DNA of 64,000 nt from Phoronis australis. Taxonomy: Eukaryota > Animalia > Phoronida. Shown here piece by piece: positions 14,401 to 25,762 of the stretch. The stretch's first letter is position 1, and each line of letters opens with the position of its first letter. The notes under the pieces are model-generated. The model made no database searches, was not told the DNA's origin, and saw only the letters and a program-made list of their open reading frames with translations. A program made the position numbers and the translations under genes. The stretch is from positions 469,696 to 533,695 of the forward strand of contig NMRA01000034.1 in NCBI GenBank assembly GCA_002633005.1, read 5' to 3'.

Positions 14401-17400
14401 TGAAGATACTGAGCCTGTCGTTGTACATGTCAATAAGATGCAGAGTGACCAAAAGGTAATTAAAACAAATTACGTTACAAATGTCGAAGTCCATCAGTTT
14501 AATAGAAGTTCATCAGCTCGGTTGATCGTTTTTAAAACACGAGTAGAATGTTTTGAAAGGTCAGAGAACCTTCACATCCAGTACCGCATAGAAGCTAGAG
14601 TCGTGAACTTTCGTGTTGACTGCGCATGTTCCGCCTTACCGTACGTAGCAGTGTCTCATGTGCAGAAGTCGGAGAAGGATTGCCACTTTAACACGTATCG
14701 AGAGTTTCATGATGACGAAATCTCTCGCAATTTGTGGAAGATTGACTATTTGAACAGGAGGTCACTGCTTATACATTGCTATTGTTACATGCTTAGTCAG
14801 TTGTTTATGCACTTTTACCATCTATGTAACTCACGTTTATGGCAGCCAAATATTATTGCGTTGGTAATACGTTCCTTTAAAAGGATACTAAACCCAGTTT
14901 TGATAATTTTCACCCATCCTCATTCTGTCACCTGCTAATGCATCATTGCCGTCAATGTTCCAAGTTAAATGCAGGAATCGAATTAAAACTCACACTTCCT
15001 CTGCCACAGATTGGATATTATGGTCCTTGGTGGGTGACGTTTTTCCCAAAGTTGCCGTGTAATTCTCTGTGCTAGTCACACTTGCCTGTTTAGCAGAATT
15101 TGAAAGGAGTTATCAAATTTTCTTCCAATTTTTTTAGGGTCGGTTGTCGAGGGTTACAGAGCGTTATTTTGTTTCAGAGAGCTGGATGGAAAAATCGTTT
15201 TAGAATATGTTAATAGGCCAAAACCGGGTTTGGTATCCTTTTTAAGTGGCAATAAATTCATTTTCTTTGATTTGGAACCTGAAAACTGTCTCAAATTGTT
15301 CCTAACGCAGATGGTTTTGTGAATGGAAAAAGTGTCCGGTTATTGCTTGAGCCTATGCTCAACAAATAAAATGACCCGCCGTGACAAGCCAACTTGTAGA
15401 ACCTGGACTCGAGCAATAAAAAACTCATCTGTCAGTTATTTCCAAGCCCAATAAATCACCTTTACATTGACTAAGAAACAATTTCAGACCAATTTCATAA
15501 AGGTAGGTCACCTAAACCCAGTGTTAGTTTTTGTGACGGAACACAAGTTTAGAGCAAAGCGAAGTATCTAGAGGGTGCTTGCAAGTTAGACGTCAAAATC
15601 GTCGTTCAGTCTGACACGATGTTGCTATTTTGAAAAGCCAACACTAAACCAGTTCAGGCGTTAGAGATTTTTTGCAATACTGCCACGTAATTATTGAAAA
15701 TGTTTTAAATTTTGTCTTTGTAGAAAGTGCTTTCTGTGACAGACGCTCGTACATTTTTGAACGTATCCTCACGCATTGGCTTGGGCTCAACTGTAGGTGC
15801 AGACGGCGCCTCTGTTGGATATGGCGCGAGCTATTTGAAGGACTGGTCGTTTACTGAAAACTGTGTTGAAATATTGGAAAATCTCCAGTATCACACGGTA
15901 AGGCTCACTATGGGATATCATTGCTGCAGTCATAGACATAATTGGTGGCAGGCACTTGCGCAGAAATTAAGGCCAACGGACCTACAATTGTGACAAGATT
16001 ATCTGTTTATGAAGAAATGAAATAATACGTGAGATTTCGTAAAATTTAGAATAAAACTTGGTGAAATATGTAATTTTATTGACGTGTCCTTTTGGATAAA
16101 ATGTAGAAGGGTTAGTCGCGGCATCTCCATTCACCTACATCCCCGACTTCCTGTCCACTGCAATTTTTCTTGAACCCTGCCCTTCTAGGAAGATGACAGC
16201 AATTGCTGTCTCCGCGATTCAAACACAGTCACAAGGACTACGAATTTGGTGAAAACTGACATCTCGTTAGTGGAAGATAAGTTCTCGGCTACCTGGCCCA
16301 TATTTTTATAACGCAGCCTGTCTGGTAAGTGTATAGTCAGTTGTAATTCAGATTTTATTTTCCTCCTTATAAACATTCGTGGTGACAATGTACGCTGATG
16401 CATATCAAACTGTGTAATTGCAGAGTGTCTATTCAATTCGAAACGGTGTGAAACCGGTCGAGGGATGGAAAAAATATTGCAAGGGATCTTTCTCTCCAAC
16501 CCACTATGTTCGTAGCATTAAGTATGGAGGATACATGTTGTGTTCCTTCCGCTACCAAATGTCAGAGAATGCCTTGCTCGATTCAAGCTTGTTTGATGGT
16601 CAACTCCGCAATTCCTATTTGGTAAGTAAAGTACCGCTGTCAGTTAATTGTAATCACTCCGAATGCTCTTCCACACCCATTTGTTTTCGACTTAGCACTC
16701 TGTGATTCCGTTCTATGTGTAACAGGGAACTCTGAATTCACCAGGTGGCGCTATACTGAACCATGGGTCATTCTTGTACCAGCATAAATGCATGCATCCA
16801 GGTGGTCACGTGAGTAGGACCCTTGCTCCAGATGATGTAAGCTGGGAGAGTTCAATAACGCTAGGATATCGCGAAAAGCAAACCTTCGTGAGATTACGTG
16901 AGACATTGTCGCGTATTTTAAATGAGAGCACGTGATTTTGGCCAGTTTTCTCGAGGCGAAACAGATAATGGTTTCCGTTCTCAGTTTATTCAGATGCTGC
17001 TAACCTCTTAAGAGGGGACCCTTTTTACATTAAAACCACCTAGTAGGCCTAAATTGATCCTCCCAATGGGTTTATTAATGTTCTACTACACTATACGAGA
17101 GTAACTTCATGTCCTTTACACCATGTTTCTTTGGTTGTTTCCTCGGTCCAAGTGTAAGTAGTCGTAACTTTCTGTCCATCTTTTTCGTTTTTACACGGAG
17201 CAGTTGTAAAACGTGGACAAGAAATCCAATTAAAAATTTGATATCGCATAATTAATCAGGCTAACTATTTATGTGTCCATTATTTTTCTACCCAAACTAT
17301 TATTATTCCACTTATTAACCTAACTAAGCTGTAGGTCAGGGGCACCGATCGAAATAGAGGCTGCACTTTGCAGAAGCCACAAGAGCTCCCCTCGAAAATT

Positions 17401-20400
17401 ATGTTGACTGGGGAGTGAACATTTTCAGTTGGCGGACAGTTTGAAAATGTGACGACCGGGGAGCTGGCACTCGATAATTATGGTGACCAGAGAAATGGGA
17501 AAGTTGTAGCAACCGGGAAGGTGGCGCTCAATAACCATGGAAGTGGAAAATTGTGGCGACCGCGGACAGCTCGGCGTCACTAGAACCGCCAGGCTCTTTG
17601 CAATTTAGGGTCCTCGGGTAACCTCGCCAACTTGTGGTGATAACTTTGGCTTGCGTCGTATTCTTCGCGGGAAGCTTGTCTACTGGTGTGGCAGTACATT
17701 CGCAGAGAGGTTTCGTGAGGCTTACATTTCGGCACTCAAAGCCGACAAGAGAATCCATTTTCAGGTGTGCTTTGACAAAATATCTAAATCTCCTAATCCG
17801 TTGTTTCATCTCCAGACGTCTCAAGTGGGAATCAAACGGTCTGTTGACCAATTGTTTGAACAAAACAACGTCATCGAAGACATACAAATCCGCTACTGGT
17901 CTTCCGTAAATGAAGATAAAGGCACGTTGTCCGAGTCACTGGATAACTTGCAGAAAACGATGGATAATTTTGTCGACGCCGTGAGAGATAGTGGAGAGGG
18001 CAGGGGTATACCACTGTTTGTTGAGCTGGCTCCCATCGGCTACGCTGACCCGTCGGCTGAGTATCCAAAGCTCCGACCTGAGGTAGAACGCCACTTGAGT
18101 ACGTTGGAAGCGTTGGTCGACGAGACAAAGAACGTGAGTATTGCATTTATACCGAGACCGACGAAACGAGGCACCAAAACCATTGAAGCTGAACCCAGCA
18201 CTAACCGGAGCCCTACAAATTTGCCTAATGTACCACAACATTCGATTTCATGCCTAAAGGTACAGAAAAACTGTAGAGAGTATATTAAGATACCACACAC
18301 GTCACCACATTTCCAACAATTGTCAGCGTTATTCACTACATACTTGAACCCGCCATTAAGCTTGAAAACGAAGTGTTGTATTCAAACTACAATGGTCCTG
18401 CATGTTTGAAACACGTGCCCCTCTTATGTTTACGTTGTTGAAATAAATGATAAAACGATGCAGTGCGTTCAAAGTCAGCAACTAGTGAATAGATATTCAT
18501 TTTACGTTTTTCTTTTGTTTTTTTTAATACTTAGTACAACTAATAGTGGTTCCTACATTTGGCTCTAAGCCAGCTCGTTCATATTCTTACGACAAAATAT
18601 TCCAAAGCTGTGAACATGGTAGTAAACTTCCGTACGGCTCTCTCATATCTAGATATCCAAACAAGCAAAGACTTTACTGGCAGGGCTAGGTGGCACCANG
18701 ACAAAGAACGTGAGTATTGCATTTATACCGAGACCGACGAAACGAGGCACCAAAACCATTGAAGCTGAACCCAGCACAAACCGGAGCCCTAATGTACCAC
18801 AACATTCGATTTCATGCCTAAAGGTACAGAAAAACTTAGCGAAACAACACTGTAGAGAGTATATTAAGATACCACACACGTGACCACATTTCCAACAATT
18901 GTCAGCGTTATTCACTACATACTTGAACCCGCCATTAAGCTTGAAAACGAAGTGTTGTATTCAAACTACAATGGTCCTGCATGTTTGAAACACGTGCCCC
19001 TCTTATGTTTACGTTGTTGAAATAAATGATAAAACGATGCAGTGCGTTCAAAGTCAGCAACTAGTGAATAGATATTCATTTTACGTTTTTCTTTTGTTTT
19101 TTTTAATACTTAGTACAACTAATAGTGGTTCCTACATTTGGCTCTAAGCCAGCTCGTTCATATTCTTACGACAAAATATTCCAAAGCTGTGAACATGGTA
19201 GTAAACTTCCGTACGGCTCTCTCATATCTAGATATCCAAACAAGCAAAGACTTTACTGGCAGGGCTAGGTGGCACCACGTGTCCTTTCAACCTTATTGAT
19301 GATCTTCTTGAGCTGGTTGACAACAGCGTCACAGGACTTCTCAAAGACCTCACTGATGCGGTCGATCGCCTTAACTTTACGGTGAGACTACTTGCCACAG
19401 AAGGCATATCATACCGTGATTGATATTCATAATAAATCATGCTTCATGTATGGATGTTCATGTTTAAATAAGCCTACAAAAGTAACGTTTGTTGGCACTT
19501 CAGTAAATGTGCAAGATGTTGGCACGGTTAAACACGATTAATTTCATCGAACGTGATTCGCGAACTTTGACAACGCAGGGTATGTTGAATAGCTAACCAT
19601 GTAACTCTGCATTTCTCCAAAGGCCACTTCCGTAGGTACCCTTTACAAGAAGGAAGACAGCGGTGACGAAACGAACAAGATTATTAAGGACGGCCTGGAC
19701 ACAGGGGAGTGCCGAGATGTTCTCAACTTCAAACTGAGACAACGTTTCTTGAGGTTAAAGTCCATTATTCAGGTTGGTGTGGTATGATTCGTGACATTTC
19801 CATGTCCCATTACTTTAAAGGAATTGTACAGAAAAGCCGAACTCATCAGCTCGTCTTCAGTAAATTTACAGCTTCACCTGTCTGCGAAGAAAGGTTTCTA
19901 GCAGATGATGCAAAACTCTATTGAATTTAGGTACCTTTAACGTATAATCCGTGTGGGTCACAAAATCCCTCCCATTATTCAAATTAAGTCCCGACCACAG
20001 GTCTGGTAGCCATAGATTGATTGAGTTGCAATTTTTTGGTCGTTACTTGTAGTTGTTAGAATATCCGTATTTGCTAGTTTCTTTGGCTTCACACGGAGTG
20101 TGTAAAACATAAGAAAAAAGATTTTAATTTTAAGTTGTCACTATTAACTATTGACAGGAGCAATTGAAAACCGTGCAGCCAATGTTGCAGACGACCATTG
20201 AGCATTCGGCGGCCACCAACCAGGTAGGCATGGCAATCTACGGTAAAGTAATCATGTTCTTAAATGTCATTTTGTTCTCTGCTTGTAATAAGTAAATGTT
20301 TTTGTGTATCGTAAGACGTCCAGATGCCTCACCCCATTCAATGTAGGATCCTGGACCACATTGAAAACATCCAGAATAAAATTAGTTCGCAGGTTCGACC

Positions 20401-21995
20401 TGACAACTTTTGACTATATACAAGTATACATGCATGACGAAGGAAGTTCAGTGGAGTCCTTGAGGTTCTAAACTGGAAAATAAAAATGGGTGATTTTGGT
20501 TTAAATAAACATTTAGTAATTGAATATTTTTTAAAACAGAAAATACAAGGTTTTGTTTTGGTAATATGCAAGTTTAACAAGGTTTGTTCGTGAACTTAAT
20601 GAAAGTCACTGCGTATAGCCTTTCCAAGTTTTCAGCCATTCACATGATGACCCCACGCAGTGCATTTCGGGTATTTTCGTAGCCTCAAATTTGCCCTTGG
20701 AGATGAGCGTTATCCGTACTTGTGCGAACCTAAATCGCACGTCAAGTCATGTAACTTTCAAACTGCACAACGTGTGACCGTATGATAGACGTTTGCACAT
20801 GCGCATGTAACATTCAGGTTAGGAAAATACCCGAGGTGGTCCGGATAAATAGGCCACGTAAGAAATTTTGACTGGTACCTGTTAGTTGTGTACCAAGTAG
20901 TTCACGAGCAAATATAAATCGTTAACAATTCAATATTTCAGTTCCTTGTAACAGTTCTTCAGTGTAAAAATCTGCCCGGGGGAAGTCGCAACATCCCAGA
21001 CGCTTACGTCACCGTAAACGTAGCGCTCCTGAAGGAAAATGAAAAGGAAAACGTTAAAATCATCACCACCAATCGCACTGAAATAAAGAAAAGCTGCAAC
21101 CCGATATTTAACGTTTCTGAGCCCATGGTCTTCGATGTAAGTTGATTGATGACTAATTATCTGAGTTTATAATATGTAAGATCCGAGCACCCCCAGAGCA
21201 GTGTTGCCTAGACGTAATATATTAATGACGAAAAATCTCACTATCGAAACCAGTGAATTTAGGCCAATAATTCTACATTCCTACCTCATCGACTTCAGTG
21301 GCCACCATTTTGATTGGTTGCGTTAGTAAGGTCATGAGGATACTCGTGACACATTTCGCCTTTCATTCACGTGTTTTTGAGGTGTTTTGCGTGATTTCGC
21401 TTTTCTCTCCAGAAACTTGGTCTCGGAACGCTGTTGCGACATCTATTGCCGCACCTGATACAACTTGTGCTGAGTACGACGATGTCACAATGACACTATC
21501 CAGAATGAAAGCGAAAGTAGTTGTAGCAGCGATCCTGGTCTACATCGTTGCTACCTGTCCCTCCTACCTGCCCCGATGTATTTCCGCATGTTATAAAGTT
21601 TACCTTTGTCGGGGAAATGTCAGTTTTCGTTGTTATCCGTTGCTAGACAGCGTGCCAAGCTTTGATCTATTTTCGATGATCTGTGTATCCTCTTGCACTC
21701 GATCATAAAGCGTCATGTGAAATTAGACGTTAATGTCGTCAAAAGTCAAGTTTAAAAGCTGTACAAGTTTTCATAAACTTCAAGTTCATTTTCCTGATGT
21801 TTTTTCTCAACATTCCTTTTCTAGATTGAGTTCAAGGATCTGAAGAACTACGTGATTCTGTTTGAGGTTTACGACAAGAATTTGTTTCAAGACACTCTGG
21901 TTGGGAAGGTCCAGCTTCCTGTTATCACGATTCGCAAGTCCACTAACCAATACCGCCGAGACGGGATGTGGGTGCAACTCAATGCTGACGACTAA
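443..21995 (+). CDS. 5'-partial multi-exon gene: tandem (MACPF/CDC-stonustoxin-like + helical bundle) modules x>=3, P/S/T/A linker, C-terminal C2 domain
   Basis: Exons with AG/GT borders, all phase 0: 443-583, 2335-2478, 3481-4638, 6400-6573, 10832-11029, 11446-11760, 12190-12339, 13373-13516, 14258-14455 (acceptor less certain), 15724-15897, 16424-16621, 17816-18133, 19232-19381, 19623-19772, 20158-20223, 20942-21136, 21825-21995 (TAA). They join into one open frame of about 1347 aa. Paralogous exons have matching lengths (174/174, 198/198, 315/318, 150/150, 144/144/150 nt). The start lies upstream of the window. Confidence 0.8.
3496..3711 (+). repeat. Coding 8-aa (24-nt) Leu/Pro repeat, 9 copies
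   Basis: LTPEELKT LTPDVLPT LPPEALKK LLPETLIS LSSDVLKK FPLSVFQS FTPEVLNK LPTDVLQS LPDDLLKS in exon 3481-4638. Confidence 0.8.
3712..4461 (+). repeat. Coding 75-nt (25-aa) Pro/Ser/Thr/Ala-rich tandem repeat, 10 copies, with a 3-unit higher-order duplication
   Basis: Unit consensus QPANPPTSAPSAATPPPGVSNALES. Units 2-4 are nearly identical to units 5-7. Confidence 0.95.
4498..13516 (+). CDS. Module 2: MACPF/SNTX-like domain + helical region
   Basis: VPFTTGMKVGLLYD ... PTHYIKNIVHGGFILCAHKF (T-H-Y-x6-GG) ... IETRYWSS ... IPLYVQVEPL, followed by two amphipathic helical exons. Confidence 0.7.
6973..10593. mobile_element. About 3.6-kb non-autonomous TIR DNA transposon (CAGGG-type ends, possibly hAT-like) in an intron of the MACPF-like gene
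   Basis: Left ctagtcagggctcgac (6973-6988) matches the reverse complement of right gtcgaaccctgactag (10578-10593) at 15/16. The subterminal palindrome gcaggtcgcat..gcgacct occurs in inverted orientation at both ends. No transposase ORF was recognised. Confidence 0.7.
9681..9872 (+). pseudogene. PHD-finger-like coding remnant inside the TIR element
   Basis: Frame reads IQEQELKEAGFVITLENGNIYIRCYNCHRYCHLLCFHPTFPDANLNEEDLQYLSEHGILCDLC*, i.e. C-x2-C-x4-H-x2-C...C-x2-C. An in-frame TGA lies immediately upstream (GYF*). Confidence 0.55.
14258..19772 (+). CDS. Module 3: MACPF/SNTX-like domain + helical region
   Basis: MPFTPSMQLGSLYN ... RIGLGSTVGADGASVGYGASYLKD (Gly/Ser-rich TMH1-like hairpin) ... 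FSPTHYVRSIKYGGYMLCSFRY ... IQIRYWSS ... IPLFVELAPI, followed by helical exons 19232-19381 and 19623-19772. Confidence 0.75.
18124..19277. repeat. Direct duplication 18124-18698 / 18700-19277 split by a single N (probable haplotype/assembly artefact)
   Basis: Near-identical copies with a few small indels. N at 18699 lies exactly at the junction. Confidence 0.85.
20158..21995 (+). CDS. C-terminal C2 domain exons of the multi-MACPF-like gene
   Basis: FLVTVLQCKNLPGGSRNIPDAYVTVNV...KKSCNPIFN...VILFEVYDKNLFQDTLVGKVQLPV...WVQLNADD* carries the canonical C2 motifs (DxYV, NPxFN, VxDxx...DxxxG). Confidence 0.9.
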
Positions 21996-22867
21996 AAAGA
22001 GAGATTATTTGTTTCACTCCGCTAGTTCAGCCGGTTATGAAAGAGCTAAGAATCTGATCTGGGTTTCGTTTCGCAGACCGCAGGAATTCTACACTCTACC
22101 TCACCTTTCAATCACTTCAGTACCCAACGTTCTGCTAGTAAGAATAGCTATTGTGCCCCCACGACATACTCACAATTCATTCCCCTTTCGCTCACGTGAT
22201 TTTGCAAAGTCTTGCGAGATCTTTGTTATGTCCCAAGAAACTTCGTCTAAGGAATGCTCTAATTCTCGATGACGACTTCCGGTTTACAAACCAATGAGAC
22301 GCCTTAGCCAGTTGAACTGGATGAACCAGCGAATAATTGAAGCCCAGTACTTGATTTGTTGTAAAAGAACTTTAAGAGCTCTTGGGTATTTCACGTTTGT
22401 TTTTCTGTTTTTTTTTTTATTCCTTTTCATTTTAGCTATAAATAATCAATTGGCTTGGTCATGAATAATTTATTGCACAAGATGTACACGTGATGTGTGG
22501 CAGATATTAAGTGGTGCTTGCTATTTACAAAAATTGTCAATGTGCTCTACAAGTGTTGTTTGACAAAATCAAAAATTAACACTGAGCATAATATACTTTC
22601 TGCTTACTGGATTTTCTTTCTAAAACGAATTCGTTCTTTTGGCTTGTTATTTTTATTAAAGTTTTGGATTGACTTAATGTTATTTTCGAAAGAGAGACTC
22701 GGTAAAGGCGTTCAATAAATGTGGTCGGGATGTACTTGCTTTGTTTAAAGCAAATTGTTATATCAAAGTAATTACTGATAAAACGGGTATCCGCGTCTAC
22801 GTGTTTACCAACTTTTCACGAGGAATGAAGTACCCGGCGTGCATCGGCTACTATAATAAAACCGTCA

Positions 22868-23038
22868 CAATACACCTTATTTACACAGTCGCCATTTTAA
22901 AAGTGAGCCTCTTTTTAGGTTTTAAAAACAATGCATCAGTTCTGCGTGCCTCATTATATTTATGTCTCAAATGCATTGTTTTTTAAACCTAAAAAGAGGC
23001 TCACTACTAAAATAGCGACTGTATGAATAAGTTGTATT
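22868..23038. repeat. Short foldback inverted repeat (about 65-bp arms), MITE-like
   Basis: cttatttacacagtcgccattttaaaagtgagcctctttttaggttttaaaaacaatgcat pairs with atgcattgttttttaaacctaaaaagaggctcactactaaaatagcgactgtatgaataag. Confidence 0.75.
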
Positions 23039-23477
23039 AGTACTGCTATATATGCTGCAGGCGGGGTTTTAATGGCTACTTTCTCCCTCCACAACAGTTG
23101 AAATCCATCATTGATAGGAGAAACTTGAGAGTTTTGGTGAGAACACATAAGTCTTCGCCTGCTGGCGTAATACTTTGTTAGCGAAGCACGTACTCTCATT
23201 TTCTTTCACTCACTACTGCCCTGTCTTGAGGAACGAGCTCTCAGTCCAGCCACTAGTATTTGTAATGATAAAATACACAGAATGTGTGACTGGTGACAAA
23301 GTAGGGCACGTTGAACACCGACGGCAAAGGTTTACTACCAATATATAAAATTTGCAACCCAATTTCTCTTCAAAGTTAGTGACTTCGGAGCAGGACAAAA
23401 AGACAACTGATTATCCACATTACATTTTTATTGCATACACATAAAGCTGTGGTTCGGTATTGATTACGGGAAAGGTC

Positions 23478-24871
23478 TATAGACCCAATTCACGCCGACA
23501 GGAGGCGCGTTCCAAAACGAGGCTCGCTACGATAGCTCTGTTAGCAGTCTGCGTTGCTCCGCGAACGGCTAGAAAAAATACGGTCACTCAACTGTCTGCT
23601 TTACAATCCCTAAAGACGTTGAGATTCGGAAGCGTTGGGTCGTTGCCATACGCCGCGACGAAGCAAAATATGTCCGTGTAAAATTTGTAACGACCGGAGA
23701 ATGGGCCAGACAGGCTGTGTAATTTTAATGACTACGGGTTGAAACCGTTATTATAATTTTTCTTTCCAAAAAGGACAGGGCCCTCAATCCCTCAAATTTG
23801 GGGCCCAATATCGGCCCTATTCCCCTCTCAAAAATATTGAAATATCACGAGAAATTCCCCTCACGAGGCATAAAAATTCCCCTAGTGAAAAATCTCTGAG
23901 TTCACATCACCTGTAACCACACAGGTGACAATTTTTAAGAGCACAAAAGGCTACTTTAAATTGAGACAGAGCCTATGAGAGCTTGCAACAGGGTGATAGG
24001 GAGGTAGATTTTCCCCTCTCTCGACGAAAAAATCGCCTCTCAGTAGGCACTGGCACCTTTCCCCTCGGATGAACGAGGCTCCTGTTGAAATATAACTATG
24101 TTGCGTTGTCCAATTAACTGAAATTGAGTTCTAAAACGAGGTTATGCTTTGGACGAACGAATTAGGTGTTTTAATTTTATAATTCAACTTGGTCCAGATT
24201 GATATTTGAAACTTAACACATGAAATAGACACAAGAATTATTACAACAAAGAAAGCAGAATTGATGGTCAAATAATTTTTATTTTCAATTACGAGCCTGG
24301 TTTTTATTTTAATAAAAAATATATTTAATAACGTCAATTATTCTTTCAGATCAATGACAAATCAACTGTTAGTCCCAGTGAGTGCATAGGATCAGGCTAT
24401 GCTTGATGTTAATCAACAAATTAAACCAGATGTGACTCATTGCACATGACAGCCACCACTGTCGAATATGTTTTCAACTCGTCAACAATACGAGCAGATG
24501 ACCTAGTTCGCGTAGAAAGTATTTTGATCAAAAATTTACAAGAAAAAACGTAACCCTGCATTCAGCAAAATACCTAATCCGTAACACTACGATCGCCGCA
24601 ATTTGGTCATATTTACTTGTCGTGTTTCGAACCTTGTCTTCGGAAAAAATAAACCCTTTCGTCAGACAACTCTTTGGCGCCTTATCTTGTTCTCTAAATT
24701 ATGTAATTTTCTACGTCTCTGTGGTTAATTGTCGACACATAATTAAAATTCAATATCCAGGTTGGACTTGAAAGACCGGCTATTTAACTCACGCAATGTC
24801 AACTTCCGCTTTGTTTATCGCAGTGAACCTCGCTTTAGATTTTAATGTCCGCCGCGTGAATTGGGTCTATA
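23478..24871. mobile_element. About 1.4-kb non-autonomous DNA transposon with perfect 18-bp TIRs
   Basis: tatagacccaattcacgc at 23478-23495 and gcgtgaattgggtctata at 24854-24871. No coding capacity seen. Confidence 0.75.
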
Positions 24872-25762
24872 AATTTCGTAGTAGTACCAGTTTTTCGTCC
24901 ATTTGCAAAACGCAATTAAGTAAATACACAAGAACCATAATGGGGCTCTCGCGTTCTTAGCTCAGGTGTTTGGTGCAATGGTCCCAACCATGAGGCCTGT
25001 GCACGTCCAATGTACCGCAAAAGACATCAGGCCACCTGCACTCTTCTTAACACGGCCTTAAAATGAGCATTGTAGTCACTTTTGTAAAAAGGATATTCAC
25101 AACTGGAAAGTTTCATCGAAGTCGTGTGAATTACCCCGGTAACGGTTTTTTTTCACGCAAGTCTGTATCATCATCTCGCTTAGTAGCTTCAGTAGCGCCC
25201 GAAAGGTCTTTCATTCACTTACTTCGTATTATCTTACTTAGACGCAGTCAAATCATATCCACTGACAAAAAAGAATGGCAACATCTTGAACAGATCCAGC
25301 ATCAAACGAAATGGCAAGCAATATTTTTTTCTTTGACGACAGGTCTTCGTTTCTTCTGCATCCCTTTCTCGTTAATTGTCCCTTTGCCTGACTATTTTTG
25401 AGTTTACTTACGATATGTCGTCAATTTTCTTTCGTTTTGATGGTGCTCTTCAATTCTTAGGCCGTTAATTTCCAATAGATATTATTTTCGTAAAATGGTC
25501 GTATCTGTGCCTATTCTTGCAAACTCCCAATCAACTATAATTAAGCCGCTTAAATCACGAAACAACAGTGTGGGCCGTACGTACCTCATCTAAGAAACGT
25601 CCGTAATCTGACAAAGGTTTTGCTGTAAAAACATGTTGTTTGCGCAACGGATTGTGAGGAATCGCTATCTCCACAAATTTTCTAGTTACTAGGTGCGGCC
25701 CATAATTCTTTATTCTAACCATGCGTAACGGTTATCTTAAAATGCTCCAGAGAACTATATCG

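Noticed and set aside
18559-18762. ORF MALSQLVHILTT.. as an exon of the MACPF-like gene
   Set aside because: Wrong frame. The homologous exon is the 150-nt 19232-19381 frame (ISKQAKTLL..LNFT) that matches 12190-12339.
4498-19772. Gasdermin interpretation of the repeated domain plus helical bundle
   Set aside because: The T-H-Y-x6-GG and IPLxVxLxPI motifs and the PF..GxLY start fit MACPF/stonustoxin better. Gasdermin is not formally excluded without structure searches.
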